Shown in pieces: positions 29,044 to 36,896 of a DNA stretch of 36,896 nucleotides. The notes under the pieces were generated by a model, which was not told the DNA's origin, made no database searches, and saw only the letters and a list, made by a program, of their open reading frames with translations. This stretch comes from a virus (lineage: Duplodnaviria > Heunggongvirae > Uroviricota > Caudoviricetes): IMG/VR virus record IMGVR_UViG_643348551_000010; one strand, written 5' to 3'. The position numbers and the translations under genes were made by a program. The first letter of the stretch is position 1, and every line of letters starts with the position of its first letter.

Positions 29044-29316
29044 TTCCCGGTTCATACGTTGCAGCACATCAAGGGCGGCGACAGCCGCCACTTTATCGTT
29101 GCCATCAGCAATAGTGCGGAGATTTTCAATAATCCAGTGAGGACTCAGTGACTCAGCAACAATGCCCAGTCGGTACGCCATGACCTCATCAATAGCCTGT
29201 TCGTAAGACGGGGCATATACAAAGGCCACAAAGTCGTTGACCTCGTTTTCCGGTAAACCACCGGCAATCAGCAGGGCTGTAAGTTCTTCTGATTTTGTAA
29301 ATACGCCATTATTCAT
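29005..29316 (-). CDS. Small early protein (Mu gp15-position, tentative)
   Basis: 103 aa from ATG 29314-29316, coupled to the stop of the upstream gene at 29309-29311. Confidence 0.55.
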   Translation of the reverse strand: MNNGVFTKSEELTALLIAGGLPENEVNDFVAFVYAPSYEQAIDEVMAYRLGIVAESLSPHWIIENLRTIADGNDKVAAVAALDVLQRMNRELFNPEFLFKKRG

Positions 29317-29467
29317 TCTGTTCACCTTCACAATTCATGCACGCCGTGTCATCGCCCATATCGCAGTGGTTGCATTTCTGTCCGCCACAATGGGGACACT
29401 CTTTCAGATATTCAGGTGCTTCATTACCGCAGGTCGGGCATTCCTGCTTTTCGTTTACGTTATTCAT
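29309..29467 (-). CDS. Small Cys-rich zinc-ribbon protein; start could be further upstream (to 29521)
   Basis: CPTCGN...CPHCGG...CNHC...CMNC pattern; ATG 29465-29467 coupled to the upstream stop. Confidence 0.55.
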   Translation of the reverse strand: MNNVNEKQECPTCGNEAPEYLKECPHCGGQKCNHCDMGDDTACMNCEGEQNE

Positions 29468-29642
29468 TTCGTAATACTTCCTCGCAATAAAAAATCTCAT
29501 TGGGATAACGTTTTTGTACATGTTCCATCACCTGCCTGCATATCTGCTCCGTGGGCCAGATTCTTTCCGTTACAGGTATGGCATCGCAGGCATCATTCCC
29601 GCAGGTGCTAACCAGCAGGACAAAGCCAATTGACTTAATCAC
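29460..29642 (-). CDS. Small early protein (60 aa)
   Basis: GTG 29640-29642 preceded by strong SD (ggagg, 6-nt spacer); no in-frame ATG upstream. Confidence 0.5.
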   Translation of the reverse strand: MIKSIGFVLLVSTCGNDACDAIPVTERIWPTEQICRQVMEHVQKRYPNEIFYCEEVLRNE

Positions 29643-29871
29643 TATTTGCCTCCATATGTTCCAGACGCTGTGCTTCGCGCATACACATCTGCGCAATCAT
29701 CATCTGGCGGGCAATGCCTGCACGAATAAACGAAGCTGCACGACGGAGATTTTTTGCATTCGCCTGTTGAATCAATGCAGGTACTGATGCCAGGCATTCG
29801 GCGCTGTCTTTAATCAACACCTCCGCTGTTATTTCCGGTGCTTGTTGCTTATTCCTCGTCATCTTCGTCAT
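29635..29871 (-). CDS. Small early protein (78 aa)
   Basis: ATG 29869-29871; ORF packed between neighbouring early genes. Confidence 0.5.
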   Translation of the reverse strand: MTKMTRNKQQAPEITAEVLIKDSAECLASVPALIQQANAKNLRRAASFIRAGIARQMMIAQMCMREAQRLEHMEANSD

Positions 29872-30157
29872 CCTTTACATTCAGCGTTACAGGAAATTTT
29901 TCGAATATGAAAAGGGCAAGCCTTGCCCCAAGTCTCAGAAGGTTTGCTTCCTTTGAATGTGCAGGGATAACACATTTCTCACCGTCATTGTCGAAGGTAA
30001 TATCCGCATCTTTTTTATCGATAAAAAAACGACATTCATCCACGCGTGCTTTATGCCATGCACATAAAGAGACAATGCATTCTTTCATTTCCTGATTCGT
30101 CATAAATATCACCATTTCAGATTCAGGCGCGAGCAATTCCCTGACGCATCGCGCCAT
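29849..30157 (-). CDS. Small early protein with strongly acidic C-terminal tail (DDEDDEE); start uncertain
   Basis: 102-aa ORF directly downstream of gam; alternative ATGs at 30115 and 30103. Confidence 0.5.
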   Translation of the reverse strand: MARCVRELLAPESEMVIFMTNQEMKECIVSLCAWHKARVDECRFFIDKKDADITFDNDGEKCVIPAHSKEANLLRLGARLALFIFEKFPVTLNVKDDEDDEE

Positions 30158-30197
30158 AATTAAAAGAAAGTTAATTAATTAAATATTAATGCTGGTA

Positions 30198-30722
30198 TTA
30201 AATACCGGCTTCCTGTTCAAACGGGATAATGGAAAAATCTTCAATTCCAGACTTAACCGTAATTCCGGCAACACCGGCAACTGCGCCTGGTTCATTCAGA
30301 ATTGCTTCTTTGTTGATTTCCTGCTTCGTGCGAATAAAGCGTTGCAGGCCAAGACGCTCCAGCGTTTCCATCACTGCGTCCATACCACGAATGCTTACTG
30401 ATGGTGGACGGACCCGCCACGATACATCACCGGTGACAAGATTCGCCGTCTTCACTTTGCCGCCGTTCGTCAGTTCGTCGCGGTTCGCTTCACACCATCC
30501 CTGAACGCCTTTTGAAAGGGTTTCAATATCGGTTTTAAGCGGTGCAATCCGGGCCGCAAATTTCTCCGTAATTTCCGCGATGGCATCATTCATTTCTGTT
30601 TCCAGACGTGATGCTTCGCGCTGTAAATCCCCGATGCGTTTAATGTCGGTAATCACCGCATCGCGGTTTTGTGGCACATAAGCTGCCGCGGCACTTTTGA
30701 TGCGTTTTGCTGGTTTAGCCAT
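30198..30722 (-). CDS. gam: Gam, host-nuclease inhibitor / DNA-end-binding protein
   Basis: 174 aa starting MAKPAKRIK; size and position match Mu Gam. Confidence 0.8.
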   Translation of the reverse strand: MAKPAKRIKSAAAAYVPQNRDAVITDIKRIGDLQREASRLETEMNDAIAEITEKFAARIAPLKTDIETLSKGVQGWCEANRDELTNGGKVKTANLVTGDVSWRVRPPSVSIRGMDAVMETLERLGLQRFIRTKQEINKEAILNEPGAVAGVAGITVKSGIEDFSIIPFEQEAGI

Positions 30723-30741
30723 AAATTAAAGCTCCTGTTAA

Positions 30742-31029
30742 TTAATATCCGCTGTATACAATGCTGGATACAGCACGATTGCTTAATTCCATCTTTCGGG
30801 CAATGACATGAATATCCAGCCCTTCTTTATAAAGTTCACGACATAAATACTTGTCATGTTCACTGATTCGGTATACACACAATGATATTCCGTGTCTTCT
30901 GGCATGTGCCCGGAGGGCGGTTGTGGCGACTTTCAGTTTTTTCGCCATTTCTTCGACGGTCATTTTCCCGACGTTGGCTTCGATAAACTCCCGGTCTTTG
31001 CGTGACCAGCGCTTACGTATACACTTCAT
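30742..31029 (-). CDS. Small HTH-containing early protein
   Basis: ATG 31027-31029 with strong SD (ggagg); helix-turn-helix-like segment MTVEEMAKKLKVATTALRAHARRHGI. Confidence 0.55.
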   Translation of the reverse strand: MKCIRKRWSRKDREFIEANVGKMTVEEMAKKLKVATTALRAHARRHGISLCVYRISEHDKYLCRELYKEGLDIHVIARKMELSNRAVSSIVYSGY

Positions 31030-31041
31030 TCCGGCCTCCAC

Positions 31042-31461
31042 TCAGAACAACATGGGGTTGCGCAGTGATGCTGGAATATGCCGCAGCGATAACTGAACCG
31101 CTTTCAGGGCAAGCGAGGAATAACAGCAGTGCGCCCAGCCTTTTGCCATTAACCGGTAATCGCGCCAGATACGCTGCCACATTTCACGGGCTTCAGGGTC
31201 TGATGCGCAGATGTATTCCCGGTCCATAACGTACTCCCATAAATCCACGTTGAACGCACCGCCAAATGCAATGGCGCGGGATATACTTTCGCCGCAATAA
31301 CGCGCACAGATGCTGTAATGGTCGAAAGCAATCAGGTAAGTTTTTTCATCACAACCATCAACTTTCCGGGCGCAAATAAACTCGCGTAATTCACCACCGT
31401 TGTTATTGCGTTCCTGAATTCGGATTAATGCCTGAATTTCATTTCGGATTTTGACGTTCAT
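31042..31461 (-). CDS. Hypothetical early protein (139 aa)
   Basis: ATG 31459-31461 with aagga SD; semi-essential region. Confidence 0.55.
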   Translation of the reverse strand: MNVKIRNEIQALIRIQERNNNGGELREFICARKVDGCDEKTYLIAFDHYSICARYCGESISRAIAFGGAFNVDLWEYVMDREYICASDPEAREMWQRIWRDYRLMAKGWAHCCYSSLALKAVQLSLRHIPASLRNPMLF

Positions 31462-31481
31462 TGTCAGCGTTCCTTTGTGAA

Positions 31482-31751
31482 TTAATGTCTGGCTGCATTT
31501 GGGTTATAGCTGAATAGTTCCCCCTCAGCTTCCAGCCCAAGCTCCCTGGCTGATTTCAACAACTCCTCGGTCGCTTTTTTAATGATTTCAGGAGCCATAC
31601 TCTTGATGATGCCTGCCATTACGTCATGTGGCCCGGTCTGGTCCTCAGGTGAGGATTCTTCCAGTCGCACATTCATATTTACGGCAAAACCTCCATTTTC
31701 CTGAAACTCAATATTTTCTGTATTGTTAAACTCAAAGATTACTTTTGCCAT
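31482..31751 (-). CDS. Hypothetical early protein (89 aa); start uncertain
   Basis: ATG 31749-31751 placed just after the stop of the upstream gene; the track ORF extends to 31889 overlapping that gene. Confidence 0.45.
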   Translation of the reverse strand: MAKVIFEFNNTENIEFQENGGFAVNMNVRLEESSPEDQTGPHDVMAGIIKSMAPEIIKKATEELLKSARELGLEAEGELFSYNPNAARH

Positions 31752-31764
31752 TTTTATTGCCTGC

Positions 31765-31977
31765 TTATTGATTAACGGGCGTTGCATTTGTGATTTCGTT
31801 AAGTTCACAAAACACATTTTCTGCGTGATGATGGTTGCCGACATGAACAGCCAGTTTTCGACCATCAACAAATTCAAAAATAACATCACCGTTAACAGTT
31901 GATTCCATTACACTGACATTATCAAGGTTAATTAACCGACCAATTCCCAGACTATCGTGAATATTTATCACCATCAT
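31765..31977 (-). CDS. Hypothetical early protein (70 aa)
   Basis: ATG with ggaga SD 9 nt upstream; directly downstream of kil. Confidence 0.5.
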   Translation of the reverse strand: MMVINIHDSLGIGRLINLDNVSVMESTVNGDVIFEFVDGRKLAVHVGNHHHAENVFCELNEITNATPVNQ

Positions 31978-31984
31978 TTAAATG

Positions 31985-32212
31985 CTATCTCCAAATTATC
32001 TGACAACCATTAAATCGGGCCGTCCATACTGAACGGGCAATCCCTGATTTATGCTCCATAATTCTGATGGCGCTCCTGACCAGCTCCGGTGGTGGGCAGG
32101 TAATCTCAAGAATCGGGCGTGCAACACCGAGATATGACTCATTAACGTGGCTACCGCGTGCCTGTAACCATGTCTTTACTTCCGTTGCCATTTTGATATT
32201 CCGTGACATCAT
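31985..32212 (-). CDS. kil: Kil-like host-killing / cell-division inhibition protein (assignment by position)
   Basis: 75 aa from the tandem ATG at 32210-32212; first gene downstream of B, as in Mu. Confidence 0.6.
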   Translation of the reverse strand: MMSRNIKMATEVKTWLQARGSHVNESYLGVARPILEITCPPPELVRSAIRIMEHKSGIARSVWTARFNGCQIIWR

Positions 32213-32225
32213 GATTTCTCTCTCC

Positions 32226-33164
32226 TTACGTACGCAGCAGGGTTGAAATATCAACATCCAGGTCTAATTCACGGAAAGCCTGACGCAGATAATCTTCATT
32301 AACACGTTCACCTTTGCCGTGGGCAGTCATGGCAGCAAGGCGCAGCGAGTGGTTCAGGATACGAAGTGCACCTGGCTTTTGCGCAATCTGCTGTAATAAT
32401 TCCCGTTCGTTTTCGCCGGTAATTTGCCAGGCATCCGCAATGGCCTTTACATCATCAATTTTGGTTTTATTGATTGCCGTCCGTTTTGCAATACGGGAAA
32501 ACAGGCGGGCAAATTCAACCGTTCTGTTTCCGCCGGTCATATTTGAATAAACGCGGTGATTCCCCATCAGAACAAGACCAATACGGGCGGATTCCTGTAA
32601 CAGGCGGAGTTCTTCCAGAACTTCTGCGCCAAGATGATCAGCTTCGTCGATAATGACCAGCCCCTGTGTACCTTCGAGACGGCGTCTCAAAGCGCGGGAG
32701 AGTGGCCCTTTACGACGCGGTGCGTCATTCATTCCCAGTTCATAAGCCAGTTCAGTCAGGCATTCCAGAACACTGGCGCAGGATGGGGTAATGGTGATCA
32801 TCCAGACATTGTTATTGGTGCGACGAAATTCGCGGGCTGCTTCAGTTTTTCCCACACCTGGATTACCGCAGATAACAGAAATACTTTCAGTCAGGCTGGC
32901 AAAGCGCATACTCGTCCAGATTTGACGTGCTGTTCTGGTTTCCACAAAACGAGGGGGTTCTGGCAGTTCTGCGGCGCGGTGATAGTTCTCCAGCCAGCGT
33001 TCCAGCGTCTGCGCAACACGTTCATTATCGCCGTTGTACTTGTTATTCACGAACGCGCTTAACGTTCCTGCGGCAACTCCAGATTCGCGGGCGATTTGCG
33101 CATAAGTTGTTTTTTCGCTTTCAACAAGCGTGCGCAGTCCTGCGCGAATATCAGAAATATTCAT
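32226..33164 (-). CDS. B: Transposition ATPase / target DNA activator B
   Basis: 312 aa with Walker A GNPGVGKT; immediately downstream of the transposase. Confidence 0.95.
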   Translation of the reverse strand: MNISDIRAGLRTLVESEKTTYAQIARESGVAAGTLSAFVNNKYNGDNERVAQTLERWLENYHRAAELPEPPRFVETRTARQIWTSMRFASLTESISVICGNPGVGKTEAAREFRRTNNNVWMITITPSCASVLECLTELAYELGMNDAPRRKGPLSRALRRRLEGTQGLVIIDEADHLGAEVLEELRLLQESARIGLVLMGNHRVYSNMTGGNRTVEFARLFSRIAKRTAINKTKIDDVKAIADAWQITGENERELLQQIAQKPGALRILNHSLRLAAMTAHGKGERVNEDYLRQAFRELDLDVDISTLLRT

Positions 33165-33202
33165 CTGAATAACCTCGTAATTAAATTTTGTTTAAACGTT
33201 AA

Positions 33203-35200
33203 TTAAATGGCTTTTTTACGTCTGTTCTGTTCCAGAATATCCAGCGAATGATTCAGATATTCATCACGCTCAGTTTCGTATTCATCATCACGCTCCTGAT
33301 TCTTCACTCGTTCCGTATTACCGGAAGGCCGGAAAATGCCGACAATTTGTGATTCTGGTGCTTCAGGTTCGGCTATCTGCGGCAGCAGCTCTGCCACTTC
33401 CAGTGCATCCATTTGTTTCTGTGCCTTAATCGCTGCTTTCGTAGCAGATTTCAGTTGTTTCTGGCGGCGGCGATATTCACGGCCTGCCGCAGCATCATTA
33501 AACGCAACAGGTGCCAGACATTCCGCTTCACAGATAAACCGACCGTCAAGGGTGTAGCAATAAACCGTGCTGTGTAACTGCTGTGGATCAAATCTGACCA
33601 CAACTTTTTTTACTCCGGCATTCATTAACGCCATGTTGTAATAAACGTTTTTCGCACCTTTAAGGGAGCCACCAACTTTAAGCGCGAACTCGCCTTTACG
33701 TGAAACGTTCACTGCCTCGGCAGGCAGTAACAGCATCCGTTTTTGCTCTTCGGTAGGCTTACGCACAATCGTTCTGGCGTATTCACGCTCAAAAACGTCA
33801 TCAAACGAAAGTTTGCCTCCGCACATTTCTGTTTCACGGCCTGTTCTGGCATTGAACATCGCCACACCTTCGGCAAGGGTTTTCAGAAACAGCTCTGCAT
33901 CAACAGCGCGGTCGCCATAGTTATCAGGTTTTGCCTGCGGATTAGGCCCCGTATATGCGCCAGCCAGTGCCGGATGCTTATCAACGTATTCCTCAAGCCC
34001 ACCAACACCGAAAGCACGTTCAACAGGTTTTGCCTGGCCCCAGCCTTTACCGGCAACAACGCTTGTCCAGTGCATTTTCGCCCCCATCAGTAAAAACAGT
34101 CCTTTTGGATCGTCCTCTTTTACCTTAAAGCGGTAGCGATTGGGCGCGCCTCCCGTCAGCCATTTATTCGCAGCACCACGGGTGTTATCAATGGTGATGT
34201 GAAAATCCTCCGGGATACCGTAGCGAGTCACAACATCCATGAACGAGAGGCGAATTGAATCAATGTTCTCGCTCACATCGCAGCGCCAGCCCAGAATTTT
34301 TCGGGTTTTCACATCCTGCCAGAACCATGTTTTCGGACGGATCACATCACCGTTAAACCAGCGTACAAAGACGTTATGCAGATAACCGTCGCCGTTGATC
34401 CACTGCATGGCGTCCAGGTGTTCCACAGTTCGCTGCTGTGCCGGTATCAGATGCATCAGTGCATGTTCACCTTCACGGCAGGCAACAACCATTGCCTCGT
34501 CCAGTTGCTGAATCCGGCGAAAGGCCGTGGCACGGGAGGGAATACTCCAGCCATGCTCGCGGGCTGCCAGTTCCAGACGCTCATAACATTTGCGGAAGGC
34601 GGGTTTTTCCGGTCGCAGATAATCTGCAATCAGAAACTGCCAGGCATCCTCGTCAAATTCACTTTTGTGAACGTTGCGACGGGATGCACCACGTCCATCA
34701 ACAAGCGCAGCCGCCCAGTCAGGCTTCGCAAACTTCTGTACCTGGTAATACTTGTCCCGCAAAGTGGATGCGCTGACCTGGTAATGCCCTGCAACGGTCG
34801 CAAAAGCCGTTTTTGTTGAAATCCCCTGGTTCAGCATTTCGTCTGCAGCCTGAACCGCAGGCAACCATTTTTCAGCAAGTCTGCGCTGGGAATCGCTGGC
34901 GTTATCCCATTTGCTCCACAGTGCCTCACGATCATAATCATGGGCTTCCAGCGTGGGGCGGGCGATTTCAAAATACCCCTGGCTTGTTTCTATTTGCTCA
35001 GATTTTAATAACAACTCAGCACGTGCTGCCGCTGGTAGAACTGATATATGAAATTCCAAAGCCTTTGAACCCGTACGCTTGCGACGTAGTTCTGGATGAT
35101 TGGCTGCAAGCTTTTCAAGATTGCGGCGAATACTCACCTCATGTTTAGGAAAGCATGACATTCCTACGCATTCTTGCGCTGTTACCCAATGGGTTAACAT
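33203..35200 (-). CDS. A: DDE transposase A (MuA family); N-terminal DNA-binding domain appears divergent from canonical Mu (D108-like)
   Basis: 665 aa from ATG 35198-35200 (MLTHWV...), overlapping the ner stop; the track start at 35230 is a TTG. Confidence 0.95.
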   Translation of the reverse strand: MLTHWVTAQECVGMSCFPKHEVSIRRNLEKLAANHPELRRKRTGSKALEFHISVLPAAARAELLLKSEQIETSQGYFEIARPTLEAHDYDREALWSKWDNASDSQRRLAEKWLPAVQAADEMLNQGISTKTAFATVAGHYQVSASTLRDKYYQVQKFAKPDWAAALVDGRGASRRNVHKSEFDEDAWQFLIADYLRPEKPAFRKCYERLELAAREHGWSIPSRATAFRRIQQLDEAMVVACREGEHALMHLIPAQQRTVEHLDAMQWINGDGYLHNVFVRWFNGDVIRPKTWFWQDVKTRKILGWRCDVSENIDSIRLSFMDVVTRYGIPEDFHITIDNTRGAANKWLTGGAPNRYRFKVKEDDPKGLFLLMGAKMHWTSVVAGKGWGQAKPVERAFGVGGLEEYVDKHPALAGAYTGPNPQAKPDNYGDRAVDAELFLKTLAEGVAMFNARTGRETEMCGGKLSFDDVFEREYARTIVRKPTEEQKRMLLLPAEAVNVSRKGEFALKVGGSLKGAKNVYYNMALMNAGVKKVVVRFDPQQLHSTVYCYTLDGRFICEAECLAPVAFNDAAAGREYRRRQKQLKSATKAAIKAQKQMDALEVAELLPQIAEPEAPESQIVGIFRPSGNTERVKNQERDDEYETERDEYLNHSLDILEQNRRKKAI

Positions 35201-35421
35201 GATGTTTTCTCCATATACCGAGAAGGCCAAATCTGGGCTGGTTCCATATCCAAATATCTAGCAATGATTGCTTCGTATCGTGGTATATGGCAGCGAAATA
35301 CGTTACGCATAGTGTCAGGCTTTAAGCCTGCCTCTCTGGATAATTGAGATAGTGTCTTCCCCTTCATACGAACAGCAGCCTTTATCTGCTCTGCGTGCCA
35401 GTCTTGGTTTTTTGCTGACAT
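35194..35421 (-). CDS. ner: Ner-like early transcriptional regulator (DNA-binding)
   Basis: 75 aa from ATG 35419-35421 with aagga SD; conserved DWH motif; sequence appears to differ from canonical Mu Ner, as expected for a D108-like immunity type. Confidence 0.85.
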   Translation of the reverse strand: MSAKNQDWHAEQIKAAVRMKGKTLSQLSREAGLKPDTMRNVFRCHIPRYEAIIARYLDMEPAQIWPSRYMEKTSC

Positions 35422-35590
35422 TCTGCGATCCTTACTCACTTAACGTTTTCGGTAACTGATACCGGCTACCGCTATCGGGAAAAACGATAGCGCAGAAAAA
35501 TGCGCATTTCAAGAGCTGTGCGCATTTTTATTTTAACAAATGCAAATCAAAGCATTCTGTAAAATTTTTTATATAACAGAGAGATTTAAC
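35422..35590. promoter_or_regulatory. Divergent early / repressor promoter-operator region between ner and c
   Basis: Perfect 8-bp inverted repeat cgctatcg-N7-cgatagcg at 35470-35492; direct repeats TGCGCATTT at 35501-35509 and 35519-35527; AT-rich tatata upstream of c. Confidence 0.6.
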
Positions 35591-36199
35591 ATGACAGGCG
35601 AAAAAGAAAGCAAAAATGCAGAGCGCATTTTTATGCCCTCGGAAATAATGCGTTTCAAGGAACGCCTTGAAGAGGCAATGAATGGAGAATCAAGCCGGGC
35701 GTTTGCAGCTAAGTGCGGACTTTCTGATGGGGTTATCAGAAACTACCTGTCTGGCAAGACATACCCGTCTTTAGATCGATTAGCACAAATAGCCTACGCA
35801 ACAGGGCGTCCAATAGAGTGGTTTATCCAAAGTCAGAGCATGCCAATGGTTGAGCATAAAAATGCTCGAGAGAATAAAAATCCTCAACCTGACCGCAGCA
35901 CATTGAAAACTAAACTGATCGCAATTGTCGAATTGTTAGAGGACAAGGAACTGCATTCTGCGATTGAGTTGTTCAGAAAGAAAGGATTTGAAGCTCTTAT
36001 GCCTGAGATTTTTTCTTCCGATGATTCCATCCAGGCTGATTTGCAAGGTATTTCGCAGCAAACCTTACAAACAGCCAAAATGCTTGAATCATTACCAACA
36101 GATACCCGTAAAGAGATTTTGTCAAAGTATGGTATTTATGAACAGGAATGTCTTGTAGCTCCTTCACAAGAACCACAAGATGTAAAAAAAGCCGTATAA
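35591..36199 (+). CDS. c: Prophage repressor c (lysogeny maintenance); N-terminal DNA-binding domain appears to differ from Mu c (from memory)
   Basis: Only long leftward gene at the phage left end; C-terminus ...SKYGIYEQECLVAPSQEPQDVKKAV resembles the Mu repressor C-terminus; start set at ATG 35591, alternative at 35540. Confidence 0.85.
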   Translation: MTGEKESKNAERIFMPSEIMRFKERLEEAMNGESSRAFAAKCGLSDGVIRNYLSGKTYPSLDRLAQIAYATGRPIEWFIQSQSMPMVEHKNARENKNPQPDRSTLKTKLIAIVELLEDKELHSAIELFRKKGFEALMPEIFSSDDSIQADLQGISQQTLQTAKMLESLPTDTRKEILSKYGIYEQECLVAPSQEPQDVKKAV

Positions 36200-36365
36200 C
36201 AACCATGAACCAGCTAAAACATACTTCACCTCACATAATCACACATGTAACATACCTAAACGGCATGAGCTGATTTGTGATATGAGTCATTTGGTTACAG
36301 CCTGGTTGTTATCGGTTTTGAACGTTTTTTGAAGCTGTTATTGAAATGATTTGCAGTGTTTTTGT

Positions 36366-36537
36366 TTTTCGTATTTTCAATGAAACAAAAGCAATTTTTT
36401 ACTATCTTTCGCGTTTCATTGATTAACGACTAAAATTTGCGCTACAGGCTTGCAAGCCCCACCAAATCTAATCCCATCAGATCCCGAATAATCCAATGTC
36501 CTCCCGGTTTTTTTCGTACTTCAAGTGAATCAATACA
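36366..36537. repeat. Phage left end (attL) with three transposase-binding sites L1-L3
   Basis: Matches to the MuA end-site consensus at 36511-36532, 36406-36427 and 36366-36387 (TTTTCG...TGAA..CA type on this strand); terminus caataca at 36531-36537. Confidence 0.8.
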
Positions 36538-36896
36538 ATCGGGATCACCAATGGAAGCTCTTTATAGCCCGCATCAAGATGGTTTTGCATTGCCGCAATG
36601 GAATAACGCATCATGCGAAAAGCCATTAATTCTTCCGGCTTACTTTGGTGCTCTATCACTACATAAATATAACCCACTCCCTCCTGCGTTTTCACAGACC
36701 ACAAGAGGTCGGAATAATATTGCCGCAGGTCGTCATCAATAAAACTGTTTGGTTCCAGTTTAAGCGTCGTTAAATCACACAGTTTGCGCAGCGGCGCGGG
36801 AAGATGAATATCAATAAAATCCCGCGCGGTGTCTGGATGGCGTAAAAAAGATTTAAATACCGCATCATGCGGCGTGGAAGTTGTCGATATTGTCAT
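36538..36896 (-). pseudogene. Host rpn-family (YhgA-like, PD-(D/E)XK recombination-promoting nuclease) gene, 5' portion only, disrupted by prophage insertion
   Basis: ORF starts [33 protein letters not shown]...IEHQS (Rpn-like N-terminus), reads for about 119 codons, then continues 20 codons into the phage end before stopping at 36477. Confidence 0.7.

Larger units (their letters stand above)
1..36537. mobile_element. Mu/D108-like transposable prophage, reverse orientation; left end (attL) at 36531-36537, right end beyond window start
   Basis: Co-linear set of recognisable Mu genes (c, ner, A, B, gam, gemA, mor, C, lys, structural genes, G segment, gin, com, mom). Window 36531-36537 caataca is the reverse complement of the Mu left-end terminus TGTATTG. 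Host-like coding sequence resumes at 36538. Confidence 0.9.

Noticed and set aside
31482-31889. Full 135-aa track ORF as the gene product
   Set aside because: Its 5' part overlaps the upstream 70-aa gene in another frame; an internal ATG at 31749-31751 just after that gene's stop gives a non-overlapping 89-aa gene consistent with the packing seen elsewhere.
25787-33200. Recurrent ttaattaa / taattaa motifs near gene junctions (for example 25848, 30171, 30741, 33196)
   Set aside because: AT-rich stop-codon-containing spacers at translationally coupled junctions; no consistent spacing or flanking conservation to suggest a binding-site family.
1-36896. CRISPR arrays, tRNA or rRNA genes, or a second IS / integrase-type element
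   Set aside because: No regularly spaced direct repeats, no tRNA-like structures and no tyrosine-integrase-like ORF seen; the only recombinases are MuA-family A and the serine invertase Gin.

Overview
Positions 1-36537 are a single, nearly complete Mu/D108-family transposable prophage lying in reverse orientation (phage rightward transcription = window minus strand); 36538-36896 is the 5' part of a host rpn-family gene interrupted by the phage left end. Module order (high to low coordinate): attL, c repressor (+ strand), ner, transposase A, B, about ten small semi-essential early genes including kil and gam, gemA, mor, an early terminator, a middle operon ending in C, lysis genes, terminase, portal, head and tail genes, the invertible G segment with alternative tail-fibre cassettes and gix sites, gin, com, mom. 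The window starts at the mom stop codon, so the phage right end is outside it. I found no rRNA, tRNA, CRISPR array or second mobile element. I see no clearly new multi-gene system; overall length and gene order suggest an essentially Mu-native genome. The best candidates for accessory cargo are two well-signalled opposite-strand ORFs (28627-29043 and 23789-23974) and a GH108-type muramidase cluster upstream of C. The c/ner/A N-terminal region appears to differ from canonical Mu as I remember it (D108-like), but this is from memory. All homology statements are from motif recognition and memory of Mu biology, not database searches; gp numbers and gene letters are tentative.
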